From Octopus vulgaris (taxonomy: Eukaryota), in the NCBI GenBank assembly GCA_951406725.2, contig OX597819.1, positions 55,366,001-55,430,000 of the forward strand: a DNA stretch of 64,000 bases, in the 5' to 3' direction. Under the pieces are notes generated by a model. It was not told the origin of the DNA and ran no database searches. It saw only the letters and a list, made by a program, of their open reading frames with translations. Both the position numbers and the translations under genes were made by a program. This document shows positions 49,376 to 63,124 of this stretch, in pieces (within the stretch, counting starts at the first letter, position 1; each line of letters opens with the position of its first letter).

Positions 49376-50237
49376 TTTAAATTTGAAAACAGTGTCTGGT
49401 ATTTAATCTATTGCTTTCTTCAGCAAAGCCTGTTAATTTATAGGGACATAAACAAACCAACACCATTTGTCAAGCAATGGTAAGAACAAAAACATACACG
49501 CACACACATATTTTTCATCTGCTTCCACACAGTTTTCATCTGCAAAATTCACTGACAAAACATTGGTCCATCCATTAGAAGACATTTGCTGAAGGTGCAG
49601 CACAACAATGGGATTGAACCTGAATTCACTGGGTTCCAAATCAAGCTTCTTCACCACACACCCATGCCTAGAATATGTTAAGCATAAATATGCAAATCAA
49701 GAAATCATTTTTAAAGAATACAAGTGTTAGTCATAATCTGAATAACAAAAATTTCAAGAATGGCCAAGCAAAAACAAAACTCTAAAGTGAAAATTGCTTG
49801 GCAGATAAAAGTTCCTTCCCTAATTTCTGGGTAACTTCCATTCTTTACATCACACAAATTTATCCCTTCAACTTGGTAAACTTTCTAGATTTAATATTTG
49901 CTGATGCTAAGGTGGCAAGCTGGCAGAATTGTTAGCACGCCCGACAAAATGTTGCTAAGCATTTTGTCCATCTTTTTTGCTAAGCATTTTGTCCATCTTT
50001 ATGTTCTGAGTTCAAATTTCGCTGAGGTCAACTTTGCTTTTCATCCTTTCAGGATCAATAAAATAAGGACCAGTTGAGCACTGGGGTTGGTATAATTGGC
50101 TTACCCACTTCCCTGAACTTGCTGGCCTTGTACCAAAATTTGAAACCAATATTTGCTGAGGCTGATCATTATTAATTTCCTTGCTATTCAATCGTTTCAC
50201 TTCAAAAACAGGATAGATTTAAGTCTGAAATTATAAT

Positions 50238-50750
50238 CCATCCATCTATCCATTCTCTCCACTCATTATTCTTGAGAGGGTTGTAGGGGTTAGAGTCCTC
50301 AGGTACCTCCTTCATAGAGTCTTATCAGAAGCAACCATCATTATATTTTCTAGCTGGATTCCCAAGACTGAATAACTGAGACTATGGATATTATCCAACC
50401 ACCTTGTTTGTGGTCTACCCAAGGTTTCCTGCCAGTTGGCTTGGCTTAAAGAATCCATTTTGTGATCCCTTCCTGCAACAATCTAATCACATGTCCATAG
50501 TATTTGAGCTATGATTTCTCAATGCACAGAAGTAATGACTCAAGCTAAAGAGGCTTCCTGATCTGTGAGCTCTGCACCCTGTTGAGTAACATAATTCCAG
50601 AGATCCTTCAGAGGATTTTAGCCATTTGTATTTCCAATCATACTCTTCTTTGTGATAATAGATGAGGATAGGCACAGAAACCAAATTGAAGACAGCATGT
50701 TCGTTTTTTTTTTTTCACAACCTCCTCTTTTCAGGATCAAAAGATGAAGA
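50238..50750 (-). mobile_element. Old RTE-like LINE 3' portion (second family)
   Basis: Minus strand remnant QLKYYGHVIRLLQEGITKWIL*AKPTGRKP with an (ATGG)n-like tail. Confidence 0.6.
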
Positions 50751-51829
50751 TGACAGATTAGTATGGCGGTACCTGCAATTCTAGCCTCACAAGTGATGGG
50801 AGGCAGGAAGCTGAAATTATATTTAAATTTAATTTATAAATTTACAGAAACTATAAAGTTATCTATTTTATATATTATAATATTACATCCTGAGAAGGCT
50901 CCAGCTTGGAAGTTCAGGAGTTTTGGAGAGAATGGTATCACTTCTGAGTCACCACTATTCCCAGGTTCACTCTGGCCCACAGTAGTAGTACCTGTCAAGA
51001 ACCCCAGTTATGGATAAGATAACAGAAGGTGATTCTGTGATTAAGGTACAGAGGACTCAGAGGAATGTTGGTCCCTAGATATGTGTCACACAAGCCCACC
51101 CTTGTGTGAAAATACCCTGATGTTACATGAACCAGTCCTTCAGCTTAGAGGTTAAACAAACTCTGTACTTCACAGAATAAGCTTGTGAGAGCCGGAGACT
51201 AGCAGAGTAAACTGTAAATAAACCAGCAGAAGGCAACAGGGAAACACCACTGTATCTTTCTCAACAAAAATCATAAATCCTCAGCTTTTAGCATGAGGGG
51301 CCATAACTACCAACACCTGTGAAATAAGAATTGGCACATGGAGAGAGGGGGGGAGAGAGGGAGAAGAGAGAGAGGGAGAAAACTTGACACATACAGCTTT
51401 TTTATAATACTCATTATTTCTTACATATATCAGCAAATGATGAAGAAATTCACAGTGAAGGCCAAAGAAAGAATACATTTTCAAGAAGTTTAGGTCATTA
51501 AAGTAAGTAGTTTGTAGTAGTGTCAAACCACACATACTTAATAAATTTAGTAGGTTACAGCTCAACTAGAGCAGATGTTCAGTTTTATTATCTAAATGTT
51601 ATATGTTTTATTATATATTTATACACAATCGGTATACAAAGTTCAACTGACACTCAAACATACACCATGCTATTTTAAAAAACAACAAAATTGGGCATTT
51701 TTTTTGTAATTTTGCTGTTTAGTCATAGGTTTACAGAGCTCTTCTCATAATGTATCAAGATGAAAGAAGTTGAGTGCTTCAAGCATTTGTTGAAAGTAAT
51801 ACATACATACATATTAACATAAATATATA

Positions 51830-52253
51830 TATACAAGCAAAACGCCCCCTGTCCAATGGATGGTGCTGAGTTGTCAAACATTTAAATCAAATTTTCCCCA
51901 AACAACTTGTCCGACAGTCCCATAGGCCTCCCCTTTGAGAAACACTGATTTAACCTAAATTTGAGATACCAGCAAAAGAAGAAATAAAGGTAAACTTTTT
52001 TCTATTCCAAAGGAAAACTGCACAGGCATTTTTCTTGCGTATGCATAGTATCAATCGTAACAACTGATGTACTTGCACATACAAATGCACATTCACACTG
52101 CTTTATCAATCGCATTCTCACCTGGAATGACTTATACACGCCCTAATACCATCAGTATCTACATATCAAATGTGAGCGCAATCGGATGGAGGATGCCTGA
52201 GATCCTAGAAGACATGCACACAGACAGACAGAACAGATTTTATATAATAGATA
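51830..52253 (+). mobile_element. Possible Helentron-associated (HINE/DINE-like) non-autonomous element
   Basis: Ends in (CAGA)n followed by TTTTATATAATAGAT; the 5' boundary is uncertain. Confidence 0.3.
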
Positions 52254-52317
52254 TATATAGTGTACATTTAAGTGATGGGAATTTCTAATATTTCAGATTA
52301 CCCTTTGATATTATTAA

Positions 52318-52389
<72 letters not shown>

Positions 52390-53204
52390 GATAAATTTAG
52401 ACATTTTTTTCACCCTGGAGCAGATTAATTTTCAGCATTTAATTTACTTGACTACAGATACTACTCCAGAAAGAAATTGGATAAGTTCAATGATCTTTAT
52501 GGTGAATAATAATTTTCCAGTGGATGAAGAGATTCCGATGATGATTCATGGAAATATTTTAGTAAAACATCTTTGTTACACTTCATTAATTCATACCATA
52601 AAAATAACAAGATGGAAACCTTGGTAGCAAGCTGATATGGATTCTACATTTTCAACTTCAGAAGTCAATGCATTAGTAATAAGTTTCATGGTCTGCTGAA
52701 TATTCTAAAAACTAAGACGTTTTTTAAATTTAGCAAAAAAAAATTACATGAAATTCTTTTTTTTTTTTTCTAAATTTAAAATATTTCAATTTTAACTGCA
52801 AGAACAAATGCAGGCCAGAGTTTTTAGATATTAGCCAAGAAAAATATAAACTGCACTTAGTAAATTGTATTACATATTTGGTGAATAAAATGAGTTAGGG
52901 CAAAGCAACAGAGTTCAGAGAATGAAAAGGACCCATATTGCTTTAAGAGAAAATTTCCAGGATGGGATTCATTTTTGAATTTTACGAGTAAATTAATATC
53001 TTAAATATAGTTGTAAGCATGGCTGTGTAATTAAAATGTTTGCTTTGCAACTCTTTGGGCAAGTGTTTTTCTTATAGTCTTCAACTAGTTCATCTTTGGT
53101 AGCAGAGAACTTCCTGGAATTTTCCACATTTAATATGAGGTACTGCCCATTTTTTATTTTTACTGGCCAATAGAAAGAGGTTGTGAGAACTGATTTGCAT
53201 ACGC

Positions 53205-53662
53205 CGTCATCGTCATCATTTAACATCTGCTTTCCATGCTAACATGGGTTGGACGATTTGACTGAGGACTGGCAAACCAGATGGCTGCACCAGGCTCCAA
53301 TCTTGATCTGGCAGAGTTTCTACAGCTGGATGCCCTTCCTAACACCAACCACTCTGAGAGTGTAGTGGGTGCTTTTACATTCCACCAGCACAAGGGCCAG
53401 TCAAGCGGTACTGGCAATGGCCATGCTCAAATGGTGTTTTATACGTGCCACCTGCACAGGAGCCAGTCCAGTGGCACTGGCAATGACCTCGCTCGAATGT
53501 TTTTTCACGTGCCAGTAAGGCGATGCTGGTAACAATCACGCTCGAATGGTGCTTTTTATGTGCCACCAGCACGGAAGCCAGTTAGCCACTCTGGCAACAA
53601 TCATGCTCGGATGGTGCTCTTAGCACTCCACTAGCACAGATGCTAGTCATTGAATTTGATTT
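53205..53662 (-). mobile_element. RTE LINE 3'UTR fragment
   Basis: Highly similar to 43612-44095. Confidence 0.85.
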
Positions 53663-54004
53663 AATACGTCATCAACAAAAATTTAATCAGTGAAGATGCA
53701 GAAATATAGTAGAATTGGTGTAACTGACACAGCAGCACCCTTAATGTCTTGTATAATATTAGTTTAACCCTTTTAGGATCTAGGTTCACATTCTGCTAGG
53801 ATTGATTTTACCTTTTATATATTCTGGGTTGATGAAAATAAGCAACAGCAATATAGTAAGTTTGAGGTTCAAATTCTGCTGGGTATTAAAAATAATTAAT
53901 TCAATTCAGTGAGCCTCTACCTACCCTGAAAATAAAAATGACCCCGTCAAACCCAGTCAACAGAAATGAACTATCAACATACACTTACAACTAGAATTAG
54001 AATT

Positions 54005-54256
54005 CAAGTGATCACGTGATCACATGACTGACCAGACTATCAGATGGTGTTACACATCACTGGTCACAATGCGCATTTGCATTGTTTTAGCCTTCAAATG
54101 ACACTACCCTGCTAGCTAGGCAAGCAGGCGAACATTACCCTCTGATCGAAAAGGGGGACTGGAGCAACATGAAATGAAATGTTTTGCTCAAGAACACAAC
54201 ACACCACCTGGTCTGGGAATCGAACCCACAGTCTAGTGATCATCAGTGCCTAATAA
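54005..54256 (-). mobile_element. tRNA-derived SINE with CORE-like head and tail type 1
   Basis: Tail matches 14950-15050; flanked by the direct repeat AGAATTAGAATT. Confidence 0.7.
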
Positions 54257-54476
54257 AGAATTAGAATTAGTACTGTTAAATTAATTAACAATAGACAAAA
54301 AAAATATAAAAGGACACAAAATATTTCTTATCTATTTTTTGTTAATGAATTAAACTATTGAAACAAGAGACATTTATTCCTCTCAAGAAGCCTTAAGTGC
54401 CAAAGTAATAATACCAAGCAATGCAAATCTTCCTGTCATTACTCACAATTATATATAAACATGTTACACATAGATA

Positions 54477-54523
<47 letters not shown>

Positions 54524-54680
54524 GTATGTATGTATGTATGTATGAAGATTGCAGCAGTATGAAATTTAAGCCACAAAATAAACATTTAGGTTAAAGAAAC
54601 CATATATCCTACACCATGATTGCATGTATAGAATGCTCAGGTCCTCATTCATTTGACATACATCATATTACATATAAATC

Positions 54681-54754
<74 letters not shown>

Positions 54755-55066
54755 GTGTGTGTGTGTGTGTGTGTACATATGTGTGTGTGTACGTGTGTGT
54801 GTTAATGTATATTCCTTAACCTGTCTGATTTAATATCTGTTTTGCAGCCTAACATGGATTTGATGGAGATTACTTGAGGCAGCATTTAATGGTCAGATAT
54901 ATTTCCTTGTTGCCAATCCTTATCTGTTTTTCAAGTAAGGGATCCTTTGTTCTGATGGTTTTTCAAAGCACAGAGCAACTGGCAGCAACGTCAACAAGGA
55001 AGTATACATCACATCACCATTTAGCTCAGCTGTTAAAAATTAAAGTTGTGGAATGCCAATATTCTT

Positions 55067-55102
<36 letters not shown>

Positions 55103-55249
55103 ATACAGGATGAGCTTCCATACAATTTCCCCTCTACAAATTCTACTTACAAGGCTGGAGCTGTGGCAAAAGACACTTGCTTGAGGTACCATATAGTAGA
55201 GCTGAACTCAAAACCATATAGACAGAGCCATCTTAGTTGCATGATTGGC

Positions 55250-55756
55250 CCCTGAGAAAATCAGTGCACTGGACCCTTAGAACCTGGGCATATCAACGTG
55301 CCCTGGGCCCTATAGCATTTATCTATTTACTGATAGCATGTCACAACATGAACAAATAAACAAAATTGGACCTTTAAACCTTTGAGACTCTGGGTAAACA
55401 AGTGTGCTGATCCCTATAGCATTATTTACTGACAGCGACCCCCAACATAAATACATCAGCATTGTGCTCTTAGACTCGTGAGACCCTAGTTAAATTAATG
55501 TGCTGGACCCTATAGCATTTATTTATTTACTAACATCAGGTCACAACATAAATAGATCAGAACTGGGTCCCTAGATGTGTGACGCCCTGGGAAAATTAGA
55601 GTGCTGAGTTATACTCTTTTACTTGTTTCAGTCAGTTTGACTGTGGCCATGCTGGAGCACTGCCTTTAGTCGAGCAAATCGACCCCAGGACTTATTCTTT
55701 GTAAGCCTAGTACTTATTCTATCGGTCTCTTTTGGCGAACACAGACACACAAACAT

Positions 55757-55835
<79 letters not shown>

Positions 55836-56090
55836 CGACGGGCTTCTTTCAGTTTCTGTCTACCAAATCCACTCACAAGGCTTTGGTCGGCCCGGGGCTA
55901 TAGTAGAGGACACTTGCCCAAGGTGCCATGCAGTGGGACTGAACCCGGGACCATGTGGTTGGTAAGCAAGCTACTTACCACACAGCCACTCCTACGCCTA
56001 TATATATAGCCTTTATTTATTTACTGAGAGCAGGTCACAACATAAATAGATAAGTTTTGGTCTCCTAAGCACTGTGAGACCCTCAAACAA
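55250..56090. repeat. Degenerate ~100-bp tandem repeat interrupted by a SINE
   Basis: CCCTATAGCATTTATTTACTGA...CACAACATAAAT recurs at ~55308, 55412, 55508 and 56005. Confidence 0.7.
55611..55998 (-). mobile_element. SINE family A with internal deletion
   Basis: Near-consensus head and tail; lacks the segment between GAAC and ACAGACAC. Confidence 0.88.
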
Positions 56091-56844
56091 TAACCCAACA
56101 TGCCCTAGCCTTAAGATGGCACTGTGGAAGCAAAGCAAAGCAAGCTTTTTAACCACAAAGTCATGCCTAACAAACATATTATGTACCTGTTAGCTTGTTA
56201 CAAAATGCACGCACAAAAGACAAAGAACATGAGAATAAGGAATATTAATTGACAGGAATACATAAAAGAAACGAACATCAAAGCCTCATACTGCCTTTAC
56301 ATTGTTGCTTGACCTGCTAAAAATAACAGCCAATGTTTCCTTAAATCATATCCTATCATTTTAAGAATGATATTTAAGACTAAACTGGATAATGTAGCAT
56401 TCAATATATAATATTTGAAACAAAAAAAAAGGCAGGATGGTCATGACGGGAAAGCTTTTACTCATGAGTCTGCTCAATCAGTACAGACCTAAGGTTAAGC
56501 AATAACAACAACAACAACAACAATAACCTAACAGTTCTGTTTCTCTCCTTCAGCCGTTCTGAACCCGTTGGCCTTGTATACTAAATAATTTTCATTAATT
56601 AATTAACTAACCTGATTAATCATTTTCTGTATGACACAATAGCTTAGGAATGTACTAATTATGCCGAAAGAAATTATCTTCATTAACTAGTCTACTATAT
56701 AATTAGATACAAATAGGGTACTATTGAAAACATTAAAAATAGTGACAATTGTATGGTGGCAGATCAATGAAGTTGTATCAAATACAGATACCATCACATT
56801 AAGTCTTGATATATTTCATAGTAGTAGTAGTAGTAGTGGTGGTG

Positions 56845-56921
<77 letters not shown>

Positions 56922-57319
56922 GGTAGTAGTAGTGCTAGTAGTAGTAGTGGCAGCAGCAGTAGTAGTAGTAGTAGTAGTAGTGGTTTCAAATTTTGCCACA
57001 AGAGCAGCCATTTTTGGTGGAAGGGGATAAGTCAATTACATCGACCCCAGTGTTTCAGTGGTACTTAATTTATCGACCCTGAAAGGATGAAAGGCTAAGT
57101 CAACCTTGGCAGAATCTGAACTCAGAACATAGCGGCAGATGAAATACAGCTAAGCATTTCACCCAGCATACTAATGATTCTGCCAGCTCGCCACCTTAGA
57201 GTAACAATAATAATAATAATAATAATAATAATAATCCTTTCTACTAAAAGCACAAGGCCTGAAATTTGTGGAGAGGGAACTAGTAAATTACATCAACCCC
57301 AGTGTTTCACTGGTACTTA

Positions 57320-57673
57320 ATTTACATTATCTACATTATTTACATTTGACGGATATTTGTCCTCATCTTCTTTGTTGTTAACACAATGTTTTGGCTGATA
57401 TACCCTCCAGCCTTCATCAGGTGTCTTGGGGGAATTTCGAACTTGGGTTCTCATTCCTAAGATATTTTTCGATGTTGTTGTTGTTGTTGTTATTATTATT
57501 ATTATTATTCAGGTCACTGTTTGGAATTGAACTCAGAATCTTAGGGTTAGTAGCCCGTGCTCTTAACCACTATGCCATATGCTCATGGCCTAGTGGTTAA
57601 GAGCGCGGGCTACTAACCCCAAGATTCCAAGTTCGATTCCAAGCAGTGATCTGAATAATAATAATAATAATAA
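57320..57673 (-). mobile_element. tRNA-headed SINE-like element carrying a hammerhead motif, with inverted head duplication
   Basis: Minus-strand tRNA head 57578-57508 (A box TGGCATAGTGG, B box GAGTTCAATTCC), (AAT/AAC)n, hammerhead 57424-57381, short repeat tail; inverted head copy at 57585-57655. Confidence 0.7.
57381..57424 (-). ncRNA. Minimal type-I hammerhead ribozyme motif
   Basis: ACAC-CTGATGA-A-GGCTG(GAGGGTATAT)CAGCC-AAAAC-ATT-GTGT: perfect stems I and II; the two core deviations fit CpG decay of CGAAACGTT. Confidence 0.72.
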
Positions 57674-58073
57674 CCCTTACTATAATAGGGACAAGGCCTG
57701 AAATTGGGGCAGGGATAGTTGATTACATTGACCCCAGTAGTCAACTGGTACTTAATTTATCGACCCCAAAAAGATGAAAGGTAATGCAATTTGAACTCAG
57801 AGCATAGCGACAGGCGAAATACCGCTAAGCATTTCGTCCAGGGTGCTAATGATTCTGCCAGCTTCTCACCTTAATAATAATAATAATAATAATAATAATT
57901 TATTTCTTTATTGCTCCCAGGGGGCTAAACATAGAGGGGACAAACAAGGACAGACAAGAGGATTAAGTTGATTACATTGACTCCAGTGATTAACTGGCAC
58001 CTATTTAATCAACCCTGAAAGGATGAAAGGCAAAGTTGACCTAGGCAGAATTTGAACTCAGAACATAACGGCA

Positions 58074-58130
<57 letters not shown>

Positions 58131-58704
58131 CAATAATAATGATGATGATGATGATGATGATGGTGGTGCTGGTGGTGCTGCTGGTGGTGCTGGTGGTGGT
58201 GGTGATGATGATGATGATGACGACGACGACGACAACAATAACATAAACATACATTAAGAAACCTTAAATACTAAATATACTACCATTCACCACTCCAAGA
58301 AAAAATGCACTTGCTGACTACTGGTCGCCTGTTTTTCTGACCAGCAGGGTTGAAAAGGTTAGAATTTAGGCTATTTTTACAATGCTAACACCACCTGTAT
58401 GAAATGTATTGAATTCAAATTGGATCCAAAATGCTCTTAATAGCACCCTAAAGAAGCAGCAATTAACACCAAAATGCACACCAAGAAGCAAAATTTTGCA
58501 GTGTGCATGAAATTGCAGCTGAAACATAAGTACGTGCAGAAATGGAAAGAAGTGATTGACAGCAGAATAAAACAGCATATAAATCTCTGTTCTCCTTATT
58601 ATTAATTTATATATACATATTAGCCGTGTGGTTACTTCGTTAATCTGAACTCTACTTGAATTCTTCCTACCTTGAAACCACTGGCGCTGTCTCATGCGCT
58701 CTTT

Positions 58705-58764
58705 TCCGTCCAACCCATGCTAGCATGGAAAACGGACGTTAAACGATGATGATGATGATGATGA

Positions 58765-58768
<4 letters not shown>
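58705..58768 (+). mobile_element. Severely truncated RTE 3' end
   Basis: CCGTCCAACCCATGCTAGCATGGAAAACGGACGTTAAAC(GAT)n. Confidence 0.8.
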
Positions 58769-58822
<54 letters not shown>

Positions 58823-59289
58823 GGTGAGAAGAGAGAATAAAAACAATAATGGAAGGCATGGTCAGTTCTAAAGAAAAGAGGAATCTTTTGTTGGTTGAGT
58901 CAGCCAACAACATATATTGCATCACATGTACACTGTGCAATACTTGCTACATTGGTGATACAGGCCATCATTAGATGGGTAATTGCTTTCACAAGAACCT
59001 TCACAGTATTTTCCTATGCATGGGCCGATATTTCAACACATCTGACCACTCCTTACCAACCCCTCAGTATCCAGCATGTCAACCCACAATGGGACATCTA
59101 ACTCCAGGAAACATGAAAAACAATGTATTATATCTGCCATTAGAGTATCAAAGCAGCCCTTCATCTTTTTTAAAAGATACTGTAGAATGGGAGCTGAGGA
59201 AGATTTAGCTGCACTTTCTAGAAAGATGAGTGACTACATAGAAGTTGTCTCATCAAGGAGTCACCAAACAAGGTGCCACAATTATCTAA

Positions 59290-59708
59290 TTACTCTTTTA
59301 CTCTTTTACTTGTTTCAGTCAGTTGACTGCGGCCATGCTGGAGCACCGCCTTTTAGTCGAGCAACTCGACCCCAGGACTTATTCTTTGTAAGCCCAGTAC
59401 TTATTCTATCGGTCTCTTTTGCTGAACTGCTAGGTGACGGGAACATAAACACACCAGCATCGGTTGTCAAGCAATGCTAGGGGGACAAACACAGACACAC
59501 AAACATACACGCACACACACACACACATATATATATATATACATATATACGACGGGCTTTTCAGTTTCCGTCTACCAAATCCACTCACAAGGCTTTGGTC
59601 GGCCCGAGGCTATAGTAGAAGACACTTGCCCAAGATGCCACGCAGTGGGACTGAACCCGGAACCATGTGGTTGGTAAGCAAGCTACTTACCACACAGCCA
59701 CTCTTGCA
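59290..59708 (-). mobile_element. SINE family A (full length)
   Basis: Complete near-consensus copy. Confidence 0.88.
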
Positions 59709-59936
59709 CCTATTTACATCACCAGCTTGCTGTGACACTTTCTTACAGTGTCACCAGCTTGGCTTGTAGTGTCTCTGGCTTGCAGTGCCACCAGCATGCA
59801 GTGTCAGTGGTATGCAGTGTCTCTGGTTAGCAGTGTCACGGGATTGGAGTGTCACTAGCTTTCAGTGTAACTATTGCAATGCTGAGCTCAAATCTTATTA
59901 TGAGCAAACACCACTCCAATAAGGGAGGATGAAACA

Positions 59937-59973
<37 letters not shown>

Positions 59974-60584
59974 TCCGGAACAGATAGAAACACATGACTC
60001 ATGAACTGGTCATACACAAAAAAGATTAACCCTAATTTATATTTTTTAAAGCTTAATAACTTGCCAGACTTAAGCCTATCCTTTGACTAAATATTCCACA
60101 ACCTACAGATTATGTCTGCCTCCGTCATCTTCTCTAATATAGTTTGACATGTCTGGAACTTTTACTTTAAACTATTTCTGTAAGTAAACAAAATTTTGTA
60201 AAAAAAAAAATGCTATTTTGATATATAGAGAGTTTTTTTGTTTAATGGAGATGGACAGAAATCCCAAAGCAGCAAGACAAAGATTTCTGCAGGGAAGGAA
60301 TCCAGAATTAAAAATACCTGTCATCTTTTATTTGTTTCTGTTATTGAACTGTGGCCATGCTGTAACACCACCTTGAAGGGTTTTAGTCAAATAAGTCAAC
60401 CCTGTACTTTTTATTTTTTTATTATTTTTTTTTTGAAGCCCGATACCTTTTTTTATTGGCATCTTTTTCTGAACCACTAAGCTATGGGGATGTAAACAAA
60501 CCAACACTAGCTGCCAAGTGGTGGTGGTGGTGGCACGAAAAGACACAATGATAAAGAGACACACACACACATATATATATTATT

Positions 60585-60963
60585 TTATTTCAGCCATTTG
60601 ACTGTGGCCATGCTGGAGCACCACCTTTAGTCGAGCAAATCAACCCCAGGACTTATTCTTTGTAAGCCTAGTACTTATTCTATTGGTCTCTTTTGCTGAA
60701 CTACTAAGTTACGGGGATGTAAACACACCAGCATTGGTTGTCAAGCGATGCTAGGGGGGTGGTCAAACACAGACACACAAGCATATACATCTATATATAC
60801 GACAAGCTTCTTTCAGTTTCCATCTACCAAATGCACTCATAAGTCTTTGGTCGGCCTGAGGCTATTATAGTAGAAGACACTTGCCCAAGGTGCGATGCAG
60901 AGGGATTGAACCCAGAACCATGTGGTTGGTAAGCAAGCTACTTATCACTGTATAGCCACTCCT
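60585..60963 (-). mobile_element. SINE family A
   Basis: Nearly complete copy; neighbouring partial copies at 60325-60570 and 61120-61275. Confidence 0.8.
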
Positions 60964-60991
60964 GTGATATATATGTGTGTGTGTATGTATA

Positions 60992-61024
<33 letters not shown>

Positions 61025-61026
<2 letters not shown>

Positions 61027-61051
61027 CTGAAAGAAGCTTGTCATATGTGTA

Positions 61052-61117
<66 letters not shown>

Positions 61118-61144
61118 TACACATATGACAAGCTTCTTTCAGTT
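61025..61144. repeat. Perfect 120-bp palindrome centred on (AT)12
   Basis: AACTGAAAGAAGCTTGTCATATGTGTAT(GT)10(AT)12(AC)10ATACACATATGACAAGCTTCTTTCAGTT. Confidence 0.92.
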
Positions 61145-61804
61145 TCCATCCACCAAATACACACTCGCAAGGCTTTGGTTGGCCTGAGGCTATAGTAGGA
61201 GGCACTTGCTCAGGGTGCTATGCAATGAGACTGAATCTGATACCATGTGGTTAGGAAGCAAATACACCCATAGCATAGCAGTTCACAGATCTTGAGAAAC
61301 TTCCTCTTTCGCATGCCTTTCATATATACCAATGTTATGTATTGAGTCAGCAAAAAGAAGTTTATCTGAGTAACATTGACCTTGCTTAAAGTGAGCCATT
61401 CAAAAGCTATTGCAAACATCTCATCAGTTCAATGCACCAGCCTGATCCATTTCAATTAGTATTTGTAATTAAGAATTTCTAGGTATTGAATTTAACCAAA
61501 TGTAGCAAAAACATATCTTGTTACCCATTATTTTTAAGCACCAATTCAACAGTCTCTTACATTTAACCTGTTACCATTCAGATTATTCTATCAATATAAT
61601 GCTTCTTTATTTTCATTGCTTTGAATTAAATATGCCTTATTTCATAGCTTTTGAGACTTCAATGATGTGAGTGCTTGTTTTTAGAAGCACATTGTAGAGA
61701 AAGCATGAGAGGCTGCATCTAGCTTTTTTTTTAACCCTTTCACTACCTTATTCCTCTCGGCATGCACAGATTTTTGAAAATAATGAAGAATTTAGTAAAA
61801 TATC

Positions 61805-62135
61805 TGAGACCCCCTTCGGTCATGACACAGACCATGGGATTGCACCTAGAAAGTTACCCTCCTAGGCACAAGTCCAGGCAAGGTTGTTTATGGAAGACCA
61901 GCAGTCGCCCATGCATACCTCTCCACACCACCTGTGTTATCCAAGGGAAAGGCAAAGACCGATACACTTTGGCACCTGTGACGTCGCAACTCATTTCTAC
62001 AGCTGAGTGAACTAGAGCAACATGAAATAAAGTGTGTTGCTCAAGAACACAATACCCAGCCCGGTCCAGGATTCGAGCTCACAACCTCACGATTGTAAGC
62101 TCAACGCTCTAACCACTGAGCTATGCACCTTCACA
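61805..62135 (-). mobile_element. tRNA-derived SINE (another tail type) nested in piggyBac-like MITE 61735-62281
   Basis: Head GGTGCATAGCTCAGTGGTTAGAGC...GCTCGAATCC and CORE-like block; the MITE sequence (like 3460-3682) resumes after it. Confidence 0.75.
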
Positions 62136-62835
62136 GTATAATAATTTTGTCATTATTAAGCTGATGTTTAAAACATGATTTACATGAGATTTCAATGGAA
62201 GGTTTTTAATTTACATCACTTTAAGACAGAATCTGTAACACAGGAATAAGGGCAGTTTCAGGCAGGTTAGTATCAAAAGGGTTAGCAAAAAACAAGTAGA
62301 ATATTTGAACAGATATGGGATTAGGTAGAATGCATTGTTACCAGAACTATACAGAAATAAACATCTACATCAGTCCAGGATATATTTCTATCCCTCATAT
62401 ATGTCTACACTGTTTGTAATAGTAATGTCTATTAGCTCCAATACTAATTATTCTGAACTTTGTTTCCTAAATGCTTTTCTCATTAAGAAATCTTGTTTAA
62501 ACTGCAGATTGAATAAGATCACAGCAATATCAGTGTCACTATCATTCTAGTGTACACTTTTCCATGATTGGATGGGTCACACAAAATTCGCAGAGACAGA
62601 TTTTCTACAGCTGGATGCCCTTCCTATGACCAATCCCCACTTATTTTCTCATAAGGCTATATTATTCCCTAGCCTCTCAAACACAAACAGCACAATGGCT
62701 AGACATGTTTTCACAGAAGATAACACTCATATGACAGTTCACAGTTAGCATGCAACATCAAAAGGCATAAACACATACAATCCACCAACCATTTTTTCTC
62801 ATTCAATCTTCTCCCTTATTTTTCTTCTCCATCTA

Positions 62836-62871
62836 TCTTCTGATAAAGGACTAGTGTTCAAAGCATCAAGA
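62836..62871 (+). ncRNA. Degenerate minimal hammerhead motif (same family as 47418)
   Basis: TCTT-CTGATAA-A-GGAC(TAGT)GTTC-AAAGC-ATC-AAGA; stems retained, core mutated. Confidence 0.45.
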
Positions 62872-63124
62872 CTCGTTTCCTTCATTTTAACCATTAAACT
62901 AATACAATATCTGCTGAAACTTGTTCCTCTCATGTTTTCTTTCTTTTTGCATTTTATTGCCTTCATCAAACATATATACAATGGGCTTCTTTCAGTTTCT
63001 ATCAATGAAGGAAAAAGAAAAGCCTCCCAGGACCTTGGTCAGCACAGGGCTACAGTAGAAAACAATTGCCCGAGATGCCACACAATGAAACTGAAAGCAC
63101 AAAACCACCTAGGTGTGAAACCAA

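Larger units (their letters stand above)
56980..58075 (-). mobile_element. Cluster of four family C SINEs separated by (AAT)n
   Basis: Copies at ~56980-57197, 57235-57322, 57675-57872 and 57900-58075. Confidence 0.75.

Noticed and set aside
56724-57068. Poly-Ser/Gly, poly-Val and poly-Thr ORFs
   Set aside because: Translations of (AGT)n and (GGT)n microsatellite running into a SINE.
57508-57655. Functional tRNA genes
   Set aside because: A and B boxes are present but no acceptor stem closes; these are SINE heads.
58366-58713. 115-aa minus-strand ORF and AAG|GTAGGA donor-like site
   Set aside because: The ATG lies in an RTE tail, there is no domain similarity and no partner exon is identifiable.
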